NCBI GenBank assembly: GCA_963934745.1 | Contig: CAWVZZ010000001.1 | Coordinates: forward strand, 1-49,275 | Origin: an uncultured Flavobacteriales bacterium | GTDB lineage: Bacteria > Bacteroidota > Bacteroidia > Flavobacteriales_D > Sanyastnellaceae | Direction of reading: 5' to 3' | DNA: 49,275 bases | Shown: positions 1 through 10,742 of the stretch, piece after piece | How positions within the stretch are numbered: the first letter of the stretch is position 1 | How the letters are laid out: each line of letters starts with the position of its first letter | Notes under the pieces: generated by a model | What the model saw: only the letters and a program-made list of their open reading frames with translations | What the model was told of the DNA's origin: nothing | The model's database searches: none | Position numbers and translations under genes: made by a program

Positions 1-730
1 CTGTTACTGCTGTGCCCCCCGTTGACGGGTTAGGGTTGTCATAGACGTAATCAACAACAACTTCAATATTCTCAGGGTAATTATTAAAGTCCGTGATTTT
101 TGTCTTGTCTTTGGATAGTTTTCCTAAAGGACTTTTCGAGCCAGGTCGTGAAGGAGGCTTGATCATGGCGACCTTCTCAGATAAGAATAATTCATCACTA
201 GAAATCAAGTACAAAGTTTCAGTAGAATCATTGCCGATATCCATTGCTTCTATCTTCAAGCTAGCTAAAATTGGCGTGTTTATGTTCGCATCTTCAGTTT
301 TTGCTAATGGACTTTCTGGATCGAAATAATAGGAAGTGTTTTCACCCCTTACTTCTATTCTGTCGAAATATCTCTCAAAGCTAATCACCTTACTACCGCG
401 ATAGCTGCCTCTGAAGTTGCCTGTTTGTAATACTCCGTCTTCTACTTGGGAAAAGTATATAAATTCACTGTTTAAATCACTCTCGCTTAAAACCATCCAA
501 GATTTGCCAGATAATGTGTCCCTATAAATAGCGAACAAACCATCAAACATCTCAGAGGACTCAGTAATCTCACTTATTGATTTGAATCCAGATTTAGACG
601 CTGATTTTTCATCCTTGTGTTTATCTGTTTTTTTCTTCCTTTTAAAGAACTGAGCGTCAGCTGAATTAGGTGTAATAACTAGAGCAGCAAAAACTAATGT
701 AAATGCTTTCAAGAAAGTTCTTAGGGTCAT
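1..730 (-). CDS. N-terminal part of a secreted zinc-dependent metalloprotease (DUF5117/DUF4953-type); the 3' end runs off the window
   Basis: Hand translation of the minus strand from ATG (rc of 728-730) stays open to position 1: MTLRTFLKAFTLVFAALVITPNSADAQFFKRKKK...FDGLFAIYRDTLSGKSWMVLSESDLNSEFIYFSQVEDGV. It has a signal peptide, a lysine-rich linker and an N-terminal pattern I associate with DUF5117 metalloproteases. It is missing from the ORF track because there is no stop in the window. Confidence 0.55.
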   Translation of the reverse strand, partial: MTLRTFLKAFTLVFAALVITPNSADAQFFKRKKKTDKHKDEKSASKSGFKSISEITESSEMFDGLFAIYRDTLSGKSWMVLSESDLNSEFIYFSQVEDGVLQTGNFRGSYRGSKVISFERYFDRIEVRGENTSYYFDPESPLAKTEDANINTPILASLKIEAMDIGNDSTETLYLISSDELFLSEKVAMIKPPSRPGSKSPLGKLSKDKTKITDFNNYPENIEVVVDYVYDNPNPSTGGTAVT

Positions 731-776
731 ATCTATTGTAAATGATAAGCCACTAATATAAGTTGAGATTTATGTA

Positions 777-2714
777 TTAGCTCTCTAACTTCTTAAATCC
801 TCTAGAAATAAATGATGCTAATTCTTCTCCTTCTAAAATACCTTGAGATAATCGAGCTAGATCAGCTGCTTCTTTGGCAATTAAGTTGCGTTTGTCCTCG
901 TTTTTCTCTTCTAATAACTGCATAGCAAGAGGGTGGTTAGAGTTTACTGTAACATCGTATTTATCTGGCATCTCTCCGAACATTTGAAAGCCCCCTCCAC
1001 CTACAGCTTGCTGTTCTTTCATCCGCCTCATCCACTCGGACCTAGTAATAACAAAGGGTGCGGAAGATGGTGACATAGCGGCGAATTTGATATCATAACC
1101 TTCGGCAGGGAATGCGCTTGTGATAACAGGAGTAAGGGTTTCCTGAGCTTTATCGTCAAGAATACTTGTCTCTGTTTCTTCTTTTTCGATTAATTTCTCA
1201 ATTATATCTGAATCTACTCGCTTAAACTGAATATCACTGTGTGACTGTTCAAGCTTACCCACGATGTGTGCCGCTAATGGTCCTTCAATTGTAACGACTT
1301 TGTAGCCTCTTTCAGTTGCTTCATTTACAAAGCTGTGCTGAGTGATAGCGTCCGAAGTGTAAGGGATGATTATTTTACCATTTTTATCCTTTTGGACTTC
1401 ACCTACAGCTTCAATAAGCTCATCATATGTAAAGCACTTCCCTTCGGTGTCTTTGTATAGATAGAATTTCTGAGAACGCTCTGCAAATTTATCATCGGTA
1501 AGTATACCATACTCAACAAATATCCTTAGATTATCCCATAAAGTCTCAAATGCTACTCTGTCGTTTTTAAACATTGAAGCTAGCTTGTCAGATACTTTTT
1601 TAGAGATATATCCAGATATTTTCTTTACGTTAGCATCCTCCTGTAGGTAAGAGCGACTGACGTTCAGAGGGATGTCTGGAGAGTCAATAACTCCGTGTAG
1701 CATAGTTAAAAAATCAGGGACTATGTTCTCAACATTATCAGTTATAAATACTTGATTTGAGTATAAGTGTATCTTATTCTTCTGAAGATCCATCGTCTTC
1801 TTCAGTGGTGGGAAGTAGAGTATTCCAGTCAAGTTGAATGGGAAATCTACATTTAAGTGAATATTAAAGAGCGGATTCTCAATATTCATAGGGTAAAGCT
1901 CTCTGTAGAACTTCGAGTAGTCTTCTTCTTTTAAGTCTGAAGGCCTCAGCATCCAAGCAGGGGAGGTGTTGTTAATGATGTTCTGCACATCAACACTTAT
2001 TTGTTTCACCTTTCCATCGTCATCCTTATCTCCGCTAGCGTCATCTTGCATTTCTGAACGTGTTCCGAACACAATGTCAACGGGCATGAATTTGCAGTAC
2101 TTGTTAAGAATTCCGCTTAGCCTTTGCTCTTCTAGGAATTCAAGGCTGTCTTCAGCTATGTGAAGAATAATATCTGTTCCAGCACTCTTCTTCTTTACAT
2201 CTTCAATAGTGTAGTCAGGTGATCCGTCACAGCTCCATTTTACAGCTTGGCTGCCTTTGACTTGGCTTTTCGTGATAATGTCAACTCTTTCTGCAACCAT
2301 AAAAGATGAGTAGAACCCTAGCCCGAAGTGACCTATGATGGCCTGTTTTGCATCATCGTCCTTGTACTTATCAAGAAACTCTGTAGCTCCTGAGAAAGCA
2401 ATTTGATTTATGTACTTGTCTACCTCTTCCCCTGTCATTCCTACCCCCTTATCGCTAATAGTGATGGTCTTCGCCTCTGCGTCAATCTTAACTATTACTT
2501 GAGGGTCTTTTGCCATTTTATTAAACTCACCCACTGACACTAAAGTCTTACATTTTTGGGTGGCATCAACTGCGTTAGAAACTAATTCACGTAAGAAGAT
2601 CTCATGGTCGCTGTATAAGAATTTCTTAATGATAGGAAAGATGTTTTCCGTCGTTACATTAATACTTCCCTTCTTTGCTGTAGTATTAGCTTTTTTCGTT
2701 TTCGTGGTAGCCAT
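777..2714 (-). CDS. htpG: Molecular chaperone HtpG (Hsp90 family)
   Basis: 645 aa. N-terminal GHKL ATPase signature FLRELVSNAVDA and GHFGLGFYSSFMVA. Length and layout are typical of bacterial Hsp90. Confidence 0.95.
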   Translation of the reverse strand: MATTKTKKANTTAKKGSINVTTENIFPIIKKFLYSDHEIFLRELVSNAVDATQKCKTLVSVGEFNKMAKDPQVIVKIDAEAKTITISDKGVGMTGEEVDKYINQIAFSGATEFLDKYKDDDAKQAIIGHFGLGFYSSFMVAERVDIITKSQVKGSQAVKWSCDGSPDYTIEDVKKKSAGTDIILHIAEDSLEFLEEQRLSGILNKYCKFMPVDIVFGTRSEMQDDASGDKDDDGKVKQISVDVQNIINNTSPAWMLRPSDLKEEDYSKFYRELYPMNIENPLFNIHLNVDFPFNLTGILYFPPLKKTMDLQKNKIHLYSNQVFITDNVENIVPDFLTMLHGVIDSPDIPLNVSRSYLQEDANVKKISGYISKKVSDKLASMFKNDRVAFETLWDNLRIFVEYGILTDDKFAERSQKFYLYKDTEGKCFTYDELIEAVGEVQKDKNGKIIIPYTSDAITQHSFVNEATERGYKVVTIEGPLAAHIVGKLEQSHSDIQFKRVDSDIIEKLIEKEETETSILDDKAQETLTPVITSAFPAEGYDIKFAAMSPSSAPFVITRSEWMRRMKEQQAVGGGGFQMFGEMPDKYDVTVNSNHPLAMQLLEEKNEDKRNLIAKEAADLARLSQGILEGEELASFISRGFKKLES

Positions 2715-2883
2715 CTGGTAATTTTTCTTTTGTTATTAATCCTCATAATAACAATGAATATGCCATTACCTTTTTTCATTAAAAAACATGTCAGCTTGAC
2801 ACAGGACTATAACGGAGGTATCGTTTTAAGTCTGTCTGTCAGTAAAGTTGTATGGCTTTCTACGTCAGTATGTCAGTTAAATA

Positions 2884-3894
2884 CTAATTCACAATAAGTT
2901 TACTGCTGAACCTTCCATTGCATGAAATTGTATACACTCCAGCCCTCCAGCTTGATGTGTCAATGGTGGTTTCTTTTAAAACCAGTGTTCTGTATATTTC
3001 CTTTCCTTCGGGATTGTAGATAATTAGATTCATCTCCTTGCCCACTACTGAAGATGAGATAGTAACCCTCTCTGTAGATGGATTAGGGTAGACAGTGTAT
3101 CTAGTCGTCTCTAATTCACTTACATCTATGATAGGAGAATGATCATAGTTAAATCTATAAACAAGCCCGTCTTCAGGCCAGCCTGTCCACCCTGTAAAAT
3201 CAGGGCTCACTTGCAGGGAGTCGAACTCTACATTTTCATAGTAAGGAAAGCCTAACACCTCTGGAGATCCATTTGCCCAGAGGAAATGAGCAGTAAAGTA
3301 TTGAAAGTCCCAGTAGCTTGAAAGCCCAGCAGACATTGATGACCAGAATGTAATGTCATCAATATTATTTACAGTATTAGGTCCATAATGTATCTCTATC
3401 ATGCCGTTTTCATAAAGCCATATTTGAAAGTTAGCCGTAGAAGCTGCGCCTCCAGTCACAAGCATCTCATAATCAAACCCTATGTTGTTGAATTCCAACT
3501 TATAGATTCTGTTTGGGGATTCTCCCACAGTTGTGAAACGGTGAGTTGAGCCTATGGATGTTGATGGATCTAATACATTGAGGACATCATTAATATCTAT
3601 AGTAGTTCCGCTTATAAGATGAAATCCACCATCTGGTGTATAAACATCTATTCCTCCACCTATATCAGTTAATCTAACTATTGTAGCTGTATCGCCGAAG
3701 CAAGGGAAGTCAAACTGCAGGTTGAGAGTGACAATGGGAACATCCCACATCTCGGCTACGTTCAAAGGATACCAGTCATCTAGAGGAATGTAATCATCAG
3801 TAAATAACACAGCTGTATATGGCATTTCATCTTGAGCTATGCTAATAGTAGACAAAGCTAGAAAACAAATCAAACACGATAGCGAATGTTTCAT
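2884..3894 (-). CDS. Secreted hypothetical protein with a T9SS type A C-terminal sorting domain
   Basis: C-terminus YTVYPNPSTERVTISS...NLIIYNPEGKEIY...SWRAGVYTISCNG...KLIVN matches the Por_Secre_tail pattern. I place the start at the internal Met (MKHSLSCLICFLALSTISIAQ signal peptide, 3894) rather than the track start 3936, which would overlap the upstream LOG gene. Confidence 0.75.
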   Translation of the reverse strand: MKHSLSCLICFLALSTISIAQDEMPYTAVLFTDDYIPLDDWYPLNVAEMWDVPIVTLNLQFDFPCFGDTATIVRLTDIGGGIDVYTPDGGFHLISGTTIDINDVLNVLDPSTSIGSTHRFTTVGESPNRIYKLEFNNIGFDYEMLVTGGAASTANFQIWLYENGMIEIHYGPNTVNNIDDITFWSSMSAGLSSYWDFQYFTAHFLWANGSPEVLGFPYYENVEFDSLQVSPDFTGWTGWPEDGLVYRFNYDHSPIIDVSELETTRYTVYPNPSTERVTISSSVVGKEMNLIIYNPEGKEIYRTLVLKETTIDTSSWRAGVYTISCNGRFSSKLIVN

Positions 3895-3904
3895 TATTAA
3901 GTAG

Positions 3905-4594
3905 TTAAAAGTTGGGTAGTAAATCTTCTTTAGCATGATAATCGGTAACCACCTTTACGGCCTCCTCTGGAGTGTCTACAACGGTCATTAGATTCGGGTC
4001 TCCCTCAGAAATAGTCTTATATTCTTCAAGCATGACTTTAGTAAACCAGTCTATCATACCACCCCAGAAATGTGAATCATAAAGTATGATAGGGCGTTTT
4101 TTTAATTTGCCTGTTTGGAGTAGGGTTAGAGCTTCAAACAACTCATCCAATGTCCCGAAACCACCGGGCATTACAATAAATGCTTGACTATACTTGACGA
4201 ACATGACTTTTCTCACAAAGAAGTAGTCAAAGTCAATAGACTTATCTCTGTCAATATATGGGTTGTCGTGCTGCTCAAAAGGAAGTTCTATATTCAACCC
4301 CACCGAAGGTCCTCCAGCTTCAAAGGCGCCTTTGTTTCCAGCCTCCATAACTCCCGGTCCACCGCCGGTGATTACCCCATAGCCTGCTTCAGCTAAAAGG
4401 GTTGCTATTCTTTGCGCGTCTTTGTATACTCGAGTTTCAGGTCCTGTTCTCGCGGATCCATATATTGATACACAAGGTCCGATTCTATGAAGGGATTCAT
4501 ATCCTTCAACAAACTCACTCATAATTTTGAAAATGGACCAGCTGTCTCTCGACATTATTTCTGTCCACGTTTTTCTTTTAAAGTTCTTACTCAT
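3905..4594 (-). CDS. LOG family protein (TIGR00730-type, cytokinin riboside 5'-monophosphate phosphoribohydrolase-like)
   Basis: 229 aa with the GGGPGVMEA and PGGFGTLDELFE motifs characteristic of the LOG family (formerly annotated as lysine decarboxylase-like). Confidence 0.85.
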   Translation of the reverse strand: MSKNFKRKTWTEIMSRDSWSIFKIMSEFVEGYESLHRIGPCVSIYGSARTGPETRVYKDAQRIATLLAEAGYGVITGGGPGVMEAGNKGAFEAGGPSVGLNIELPFEQHDNPYIDRDKSIDFDYFFVRKVMFVKYSQAFIVMPGGFGTLDELFEALTLLQTGKLKKRPIILYDSHFWGGMIDWFTKVMLEEYKTISEGDPNLMTVVDTPEEAVKVVTDYHAKEDLLPNF

Positions 4595-4598
4595 TAAC

Positions 4599-4606
4599 CA
4601 AACTTA
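4599..4606 (-). promoter_or_regulatory. Candidate Bacteroidota sigma-A -7 box (TAAGTTTG) for the LOG gene
   Basis: The minus strand reads TAAGTTTG-GTTA-ATG. This is a perfect TAnnTTTG match, 4 nt before the start codon. Confidence 0.4.
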
Positions 4607-4621
4607 GTCAGAATAACTTCG

Positions 4622-7441
4622 TTAATTCAATACTTTATGAAGAAATTTACCTGTGGCGCTTTTTAATTCAGCAGCGATTTCTTCGGGTGTACCAGTTGCA
4701 ATAATATAACCGCCTTCTATCCCGCCTTCTGGCCCCAAATCTACCACGTAATCAGCGACCTTAATCACATCGAGATGATGCTCGATAACTAATACAGTGT
4801 TTCCTAAATTAACAAGCCTGTCTAACACGTCCAGTAACATTTGTACATCTTGAAAATGTAGTCCAGTGGTGGGTTCATCTAAGATGTACAGTGTATTACC
4901 CGTGCCTACTCGCGCTAACTCTGATGCCAGCTTAACACGCTGTGCTTCTCCACCACTAAGAGTTGTTGAAGGCTGTCCGAGGCTTATATATCCGAGGCCT
5001 ACATCCTTTAGTGTCGACACTATGCGCTTGATTTTAGGATAGGCTTCGAAAAACTCAGCAGCTTCATTCACTGTCATATCTAACACGTCTGAGATGCTCT
5101 GCCCTCTATATCTCACCTCAAGTGTCTCCCTATTAAATCTCTTCCCTCCGCATGTATCACAAGGCACGTGAACATTAGGTAAGTAATTCATTTCTACAAT
5201 TCTCACACCAGCTCCTTTACAGTCCTCACATCTTCCGCCTATGACATTAAAAGAAAATCTCCCGGCCTTATAACCTCTAATTTTTGCTTCTGGCAGCAAG
5301 GTGAATAATTTCCGGATAAGGTCCATTACTCCTGTGTACGTTGCCGCGTTTGATCGTGGTGTACGTCCGATAGGGGTTTGGGTTATAGCAATCACCTTAT
5401 CTAAATTATCTAGTCCCGTAATCTTTTTATGGGGGAGTGGAATGCGTATGGGATCGTGAAGATGATTCTGCAGAGCAGGGTAGAGGGTTTGGTTGATTAG
5501 GGAGCTCTTGCCGCTTCCACTTACTCCACTGACACATATAAACGTCCCTAATGGCAATACGAGATCGACATTCTTCAAATTATGGCCGCGTGCACCGTGA
5601 AGTTTGATGTTCTTTTTTCCTTTTCTGCGCACATTAGGGACGGGGATTTTCAGGTCGCCTCTAAGGTATTTAGCCGTAGTTGAATCGGTGCTTAGATGTT
5701 TATCTGGATGTCCTTGAGTAACTATTTCTCCACCTAGTTTCCCCGCTCCAGGTCCTATGTCTACAAGGTAGTCTGATGCTAGCATCATATCCTCGTCGTG
5801 TTCCACTACGATTACAGAATTTCCTGCATCTCTCAGTGCTTTGAGGCTTGATATCAGCTTCATATTATCTCTTTGATGTAGCCCTATGGATGGCTCATCT
5901 AGGATGTAAAGTACTTCTGTGAGTCGTGATCCTATCTGCGTGGCGAGCCGAATCCTTTGGCCTTCACCTCCTGACAAAGACCTAGCTGGTCTGTCTAGGC
6001 TTAAATATCCGAGTCCTACTTCTACCATAAATCCTATCCTAGCTCGAATTTCCTTAAGTGGAGCCTTCGCGATAACATTCTGTCTGTCAGATAGTTTAGA
6101 TTCGATGTTGTCGAAGAATTTTGAGAGTTTAATGAAGTCCAAACCTCCTAGATCCGCGATATCCTTGCCGCCCACTTTAAATTGAAGGCTAATGGGTTTA
6201 AGCCTAGTTCCACTACAGCTCGAGCATGGTACTTTGTGCATAAACTGTGTAGCCCAACGTTTCAACGGCACAGACTTCCCCTTAGTGGCAGCTTTCTCAA
6301 CTATAGCGACTAACCCTTCGTATTTCACTCCCTCTCCCTTCGAACTGAATCTACTTTGTAATGTGATAATATCATCGGTGCCATATAGTATTATCCCGAT
6401 AAGCTCGTCGCTCAGGTCTCCTACAGCCGTTGAAGCCTTTACCCCATGGGAGGTAATGATAGCTTCAATGATATTAGAGGTTCGGTTACTAGTTAATTCT
6501 CCGAGTGGAGCTATACCCCCCTTTTTAACGCTTTTCTTTGGGTCTGGGAACACGAGCTCTTTGTCAACTTTGGCAATTGTGCCGAGGCCGTTGCAAGTAG
6601 GGCAAGCCCCGTATGGTGAGTTGAAGGAGAAAAGGTTGGGTTCTGGTTCTGGGTATGCCAGTCCCGTAGTAGGGCACATTAAATTACGAGAGAAATGTAT
6701 GGGTTTCGGGTTTATTACTCCGTGTTCTAAAACACTCATTGAGCCTTTGCCTACTTTGAGGGCTGTCCGTACAGATGCGTTAAGCCTACTTGAGTCCCCA
6801 CCCACGATAACTCTATCAATAACTAACTCTATGTCGTGAACCTTATACCTGTCAACTTTAAATCCGGAATCTAGTTCTACTATTTCACCATCCACCCTGG
6901 CTCTGACATAGCCTTGTTTTCTTACGTTGTCGAAGAGTTCGCGGTAGTGACCTTTTCTACCTCTGATTAGTGGTGCGAGTAAGATGAGCTTAGTGTTGGA
7001 GAACCTAGCGATAATGTTCTCAGTTATTTCGTCATCGGTATATCGAACCATGGGTTCACCCGTTTCCAATGAATATGCATCGGCTGCTCTTGCGAATAAC
7101 AGTCTTAGAAAATCATGGACTTCAGTAACCGTGCCTACAGTTGAGCGTGGATTACGAGTGACGGTTTTTTGTTCTATGCTTATGACAGGGCTTAGGCCTA
7201 TGATACTTTCGACATCGGGTCTTTTTAATCCGCCTATAAATTGTCGAGCATACGATGACAGAGTTTCTAGATATCTCCTAGAGCCTTCGGCGTAAATGGT
7301 GTCGAACGCAAGGCTTGATTTTCCGGATCCGCTAACCCCTGTAAAAACTACAAGTTTATTTCGAGGAATGGTGACGTCAATGTTGCGAAGATTGTGTTCT
7401 CTTGCGCCACGAATTACTATGCTGTCTTGATTTTGAGGCAT
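4622..7441 (-). CDS. uvrA: Excinuclease ABC subunit UvrA
   Basis: 939 aa. Two ABC ATPase modules ([10 protein letters not shown] twice, LSGGE signatures twice) and zinc-finger Cys clusters ([24 protein letters not shown]). Confidence 0.97.
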   Translation of the reverse strand: MPQNQDSIVIRGAREHNLRNIDVTIPRNKLVVFTGVSGSGKSSLAFDTIYAEGSRRYLETLSSYARQFIGGLKRPDVESIIGLSPVISIEQKTVTRNPRSTVGTVTEVHDFLRLLFARAADAYSLETGEPMVRYTDDEITENIIARFSNTKLILLAPLIRGRKGHYRELFDNVRKQGYVRARVDGEIVELDSGFKVDRYKVHDIELVIDRVIVGGDSSRLNASVRTALKVGKGSMSVLEHGVINPKPIHFSRNLMCPTTGLAYPEPEPNLFSFNSPYGACPTCNGLGTIAKVDKELVFPDPKKSVKKGGIAPLGELTSNRTSNIIEAIITSHGVKASTAVGDLSDELIGIILYGTDDIITLQSRFSSKGEGVKYEGLVAIVEKAATKGKSVPLKRWATQFMHKVPCSSCSGTRLKPISLQFKVGGKDIADLGGLDFIKLSKFFDNIESKLSDRQNVIAKAPLKEIRARIGFMVEVGLGYLSLDRPARSLSGGEGQRIRLATQIGSRLTEVLYILDEPSIGLHQRDNMKLISSLKALRDAGNSVIVVEHDEDMMLASDYLVDIGPGAGKLGGEIVTQGHPDKHLSTDSTTAKYLRGDLKIPVPNVRRKGKKNIKLHGARGHNLKNVDLVLPLGTFICVSGVSGSGKSSLINQTLYPALQNHLHDPIRIPLPHKKITGLDNLDKVIAITQTPIGRTPRSNAATYTGVMDLIRKLFTLLPEAKIRGYKAGRFSFNVIGGRCEDCKGAGVRIVEMNYLPNVHVPCDTCGGKRFNRETLEVRYRGQSISDVLDMTVNEAAEFFEAYPKIKRIVSTLKDVGLGYISLGQPSTTLSGGEAQRVKLASELARVGTGNTLYILDEPTTGLHFQDVQMLLDVLDRLVNLGNTVLVIEHHLDVIKVADYVVDLGPEGGIEGGYIIATGTPEEIAAELKSATGKFLHKVLN

Positions 7442-7451
7442 AGATTCGTAT

Positions 7452-8906
7452 TTAATCTAAGCGTTTTAGCTTATAGCCCAGAGAGGCGATAATGATAGTC
7501 ATAATAGGACTTACCCAATTGAAGATGCAGTATGGAGCATAAGCTAGAACTGCAACTCCTAGTATACCACTTTGAGCAACTCCACATGTATTCCAAGGGA
7601 TAAGTACGGAGGTGACCGTGCCTGCGTCTTCAAGTGTACGGCTAAGGTTTTCGGGAGCTAGGTTTTGGTCTTCAAAAGGCTCCTTAAACATATTTCCAGG
7701 TACAACAATAGCGATGTACTGGTCGGAAGCGAGGATGTTGAAAGCGATGCAAGTACCCACAGTTCTAGCGATAAGACCTACAGCACTGTTTACACCTTTG
7801 ATGATCTCTTCAGTTATGCGTTTAAGCATCCCAGTCGCCTGCATGACTGCACCGAAGGTCATAGCACAAATAATCAGCCATACTGTGTTCATCATGCCTG
7901 CCATACCCTTCGCTTTAAATAAACGATTAGCTAGGTCACTATCTGTTAGGTAGGTTGTTTCCATGGACATGGACGTCATCGTAGCTTTAAAAGCAGAGCC
8001 CAAGTAGCTAAATCCCTCTGCATTTCCGACGAGGCTTAAAATTGCACGAGGCTGGAAAATTACGGCTGTAAGAGCTCCTAGTAGTACGCCTATAAACAAA
8101 GCGGGTGCTGCTGGCATCTTCTTAGCGATTAATACTATCACAGCAACCGGCGCTATGAATAACCCCAGATGAATGTTGAATAGTGAGTTAACGGCTTCGC
8201 TAAACCCCTCAGATATAGTAGGCTCTACTGCGACGTTGTCACCGAAAAACCCCACTATTAAAAATACTATAAGTGCTACCGCGATACTAGGTATCGTCGT
8301 GATAGTCATGTATTTTATGTGCGTAACCAGATCCGTCCCGGCTACTGCAGGGGCTAGGTTCGTAGTGTCAGAAAGAGGTGACATCTTATCCCCGAAATAT
8401 GCTCCACTAATAATGGCTCCTGCTACCCATCCAGTCTCAAGACCTAGGGCTGTACCTATACCTATAAAAGCGACTCCCACTGTTCCAATTGTGCCCCAAG
8501 AGCTTCCCGTTGCTAGTGAAAGCACAGCACAGACAATACAGGCCGCGAACAGGAATATCTTAGGTGTTAATATCATCAACCCGTAGTGAATGAAAGCGGG
8601 AATGATTCCAGCCATGAGCCATGTTCCAGCTAACGCACCTATAAGGAGTAGAATTAATATAGCCTCGGTTGAAGACCCTATGCTGCTTGCGATACTTTTA
8701 TTAATGGTTTCCCATTTCACACCCTTCCACATTCCGATTCCCCCTGCGATCAACGCAGCAAAAAGCAAAGCAATTTGGTTAGGACCATAAGAACTGTCGT
8801 CTTTGAAAAAGTAAACGTCAGCAGCTAAGACAGTTACTAGAATTACTACGGGAAGTAATGAAAGTCCAAATGAAATTCTAGGGATGTTATCAGAATTCGA
8901 AGCCAT
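7452..8906 (-). CDS. nhaC: Na+/H+ antiporter, NhaC family
   Basis: 484-aa polytopic membrane protein. The TGSSWGTIGTVGVAFIGIG and SPLSDTTNLAP motifs are typical of NhaC-type antiporters. Confidence 0.8.
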   Translation of the reverse strand: MASNSDNIPRISFGLSLLPVVILVTVLAADVYFFKDDSSYGPNQIALLFAALIAGGIGMWKGVKWETINKSIASSIGSSTEAILILLLIGALAGTWLMAGIIPAFIHYGLMILTPKIFLFAACIVCAVLSLATGSSWGTIGTVGVAFIGIGTALGLETGWVAGAIISGAYFGDKMSPLSDTTNLAPAVAGTDLVTHIKYMTITTIPSIAVALIVFLIVGFFGDNVAVEPTISEGFSEAVNSLFNIHLGLFIAPVAVIVLIAKKMPAAPALFIGVLLGALTAVIFQPRAILSLVGNAEGFSYLGSAFKATMTSMSMETTYLTDSDLANRLFKAKGMAGMMNTVWLIICAMTFGAVMQATGMLKRITEEIIKGVNSAVGLIARTVGTCIAFNILASDQYIAIVVPGNMFKEPFEDQNLAPENLSRTLEDAGTVTSVLIPWNTCGVAQSGILGVAVLAYAPYCIFNWVSPIMTIIIASLGYKLKRLD

Positions 8907-8911
8907 AGTTC

Positions 8912-9226
8912 TTATTTCTGAACCTCTACCTCGTCTGGTGCTCCTGTTGGAGATAGAGCGTTTTTGTCAACTCTTACCTTTCCCGACTCGAGTTCAAGAA
9001 CCACAGTAAGGTCGCTCACAGAAACAATCTTCCCGTGAAGTCCGCCTATCGTGACGACTTTTTGGCCTTTAGCAACATCTTCTCTAAAGGCTTTAGATTC
9101 TTTCTGTTTCTTTATTTGAGGGCGAAAGATGAAGAGGTACATAATTAGGAATAATCCCCCTAGAAGAATCCATGTAGGGCCACTACTAGTAGTTTCGACA
9201 GCTTGTAGTAAAAAGATGTTGAGCAT
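8912..9226 (-). CDS. yajC: Preprotein translocase subunit YajC
   Basis: 104 aa with a single N-terminal TM helix, then RPQIKKQKE...KGQKVVTIGGLHGKIVSV, the YajC signature. Confidence 0.9.
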   Translation of the reverse strand: MLNIFLLQAVETTSSGPTWILLGGLFLIMYLFIFRPQIKKQKESKAFREDVAKGQKVVTIGGLHGKIVSVSDLTVVLELESGKVRVDKNALSPTGAPDEVEVQK

Positions 9227-9251
9227 GTTGTTACGTTTAATATTTAATATT

Positions 9252-9725
9252 CTACTTGATGTCTGAAGGCGTGTAATTAGGACCTATTACATCACCGACT
9301 AAGATAAGTTTAGTTGTTGCAGGAATAGCATTCGTGATTACATCAATTTCTTTATCCTGATGTCCCACTCTGTCGCTAGAGTCAAACTCCACTAAAATCT
9401 CTCCTTCACCGCCAGGAGATATGGGATCCCTAGGCCATTCTCTTGCTACTGTGCAGCCACAAGGTGTGTGAATGCTAGCAATTAGAAGTGGCGAGTTTCC
9501 AGTGTTTTTAAATTTGAAAGTATGAACAATCCTCTTACCGGCTGCTATAGTTCCGAAGTCGAGTTGGGTTTCTTCAAATTGAATAATCGGTGTCTTTTGT
9601 GGTGCGTTTTTCTGTGCCAAATCTGGTGCAGGGATATTAATCAGATCAGTACTTAGCCTTGGCGGCGTGTTCTCACAGCTGAAAAATAAGCAGACGCTTA
9701 ATAAGATAAATATGCTAACTCTCAT
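9252..9725 (-). CDS. DUF1573 domain-containing lipoprotein/secreted protein
   Basis: 157 aa. Signal peptide with Cys (FFSC), then FDFGTIAAGKRIVHTFKFKNTGNSPLLI...CGCTV...PGGEGEILVEFD, the DUF1573 pattern. The nusB-DUF1573-yajC arrangement is common in Flavobacteriia. Confidence 0.8.
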   Translation of the reverse strand: MRVSIFILLSVCLFFSCENTPPRLSTDLINIPAPDLAQKNAPQKTPIIQFEETQLDFGTIAAGKRIVHTFKFKNTGNSPLLIASIHTPCGCTVAREWPRDPISPGGEGEILVEFDSSDRVGHQDKEIDVITNAIPATTKLILVGDVIGPNYTPSDIK

Positions 9726-9740
9726 TGAGTTTAACGGGGT

Positions 9741-10682
9741 TTACACTAGTCCTCGACCAGTCTTTTTTATGTCACCTGAATCGACCAGTTTTATGAATAG
9801 TTGATCGAGGATTCCATTGATGAAGCCATGGCTTTTTTCAGTGCTGTAATATTTTGACAGCTCGATATACTCGTTAAGAGTAACCTTTAGCGGAATAGAC
9901 GGGAATTCTTTTGCTTCAGCTAACGCCATTTTCATAAGAATCCTATCTGTTAAGGCAATGCGTTCAAGCTCCCAGTTTTGGGCTCCTTCCTTTATCAAGA
10001 CTTCATTAGTCTCACCTTGAGCTAAGGTTTGGGCAAATAGACCCTCCATAAATTCTTTGTCGTCATCATCCTCTCTCCAAACCTGTAGCAACTCAACTTC
10101 GTCATCATCTTCCTGAATAGACTTAATTGTTTTTATTACCATGGAGCTCGCTAGATCTAAATCGTCTATCCAGAAAATACTTTCTTCCTCAATCATGTCT
10201 TGGAAGGCTTCCTGATTGATTAGGTTTTTTCTAAACATGCGAATTAGAGAATCTCTGTCGTGTTTGTAACCACGCTCATCAGATGCCATATATGCAGTAT
10301 ACTCATCATCTTCAACTAAGTCGCGGAACATGTTGCGTAACAACTCTCTTTTATTCCCCCATCCCATACCGAGTTCTTCTGTCTCAGACTTCAAGTTTTT
10401 ACTATTAGCGAGTACTCTTAGTGGAGCATTGCGCACGAACTTGGTGTTAGGATGCAAATCTTCTGCAGTAGGAAGTTGTTTCTTTCTCCCAGTTTCGATG
10501 CGGTCAATTGCTAGTCCCTGCATGTCAGAGACCATATTTAATAGTAACAGATATAGCTCGTGCATCTTTGTAATGCTGTGATCTAAAGCGGATTTCGCCT
10601 TTACTGCGTTTCTCTCTTCGTCTTGGTAAAAACCATAGAGGATGTGAAAAATCTTAATTCGGATGTGTCGTCTGTTCAGCAT
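9741..10682 (-). CDS. nusB: Transcription antitermination factor NusB (long Bacteroidota form)
   Basis: 313 aa. The C-terminal NusB domain ends ...YYSTEKSHGFINGILDQL. The extended N-terminal half is typical of Bacteroidota NusB. Confidence 0.85.
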   Translation of the reverse strand: MLNRRHIRIKIFHILYGFYQDEERNAVKAKSALDHSITKMHELYLLLLNMVSDMQGLAIDRIETGRKKQLPTAEDLHPNTKFVRNAPLRVLANSKNLKSETEELGMGWGNKRELLRNMFRDLVEDDEYTAYMASDERGYKHDRDSLIRMFRKNLINQEAFQDMIEEESIFWIDDLDLASSMVIKTIKSIQEDDDEVELLQVWREDDDDKEFMEGLFAQTLAQGETNEVLIKEGAQNWELERIALTDRILMKMALAEAKEFPSIPLKVTLNEYIELSKYYSTEKSHGFINGILDQLFIKLVDSGDIKKTGRGLV

Positions 10683-10742
10683 GTCAATATTCGTTTTGCG
10701 AATTTAGGGAAACTGACGTGCCCTAAGCGGTCTAAGTACATC

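Noticed and set aside
93-329. 78-aa plus-strand ORF at the left edge
   Set aside because: It lies antisense to the open minus-strand frame (1-730), which carries a clear signal peptide and a metalloprotease-like N-terminus.
2754-2897. 47-codon plus-strand ORF (MNMPLPFFIKKHVSLTQDYNGG...) in the htpG upstream gap
   Set aside because: It has no promoter-like box or recognisable motif, it overlaps the 3' end of the T9SS cargo gene, and the frame stays open mainly across the GTCAG repeats. It is most likely non-coding regulatory DNA.
6192-6839. 215-aa plus-strand ORF, plus other track ORFs at 5919-6185 and 6984-7295, lying inside uvrA
   Set aside because: They are fully antisense to a well-supported uvrA reading frame. 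The Ser/Pro/Leu-rich, low-complexity composition is typical of shadow ORFs, and there are no start context or motifs.
8173-8586. 137-aa plus-strand ORF, and neighbours at 7612-7953, 7665-7922 and 8590-8790, inside nhaC
   Set aside because: These are antisense shadow frames of a polytopic membrane protein gene, with no independent support.
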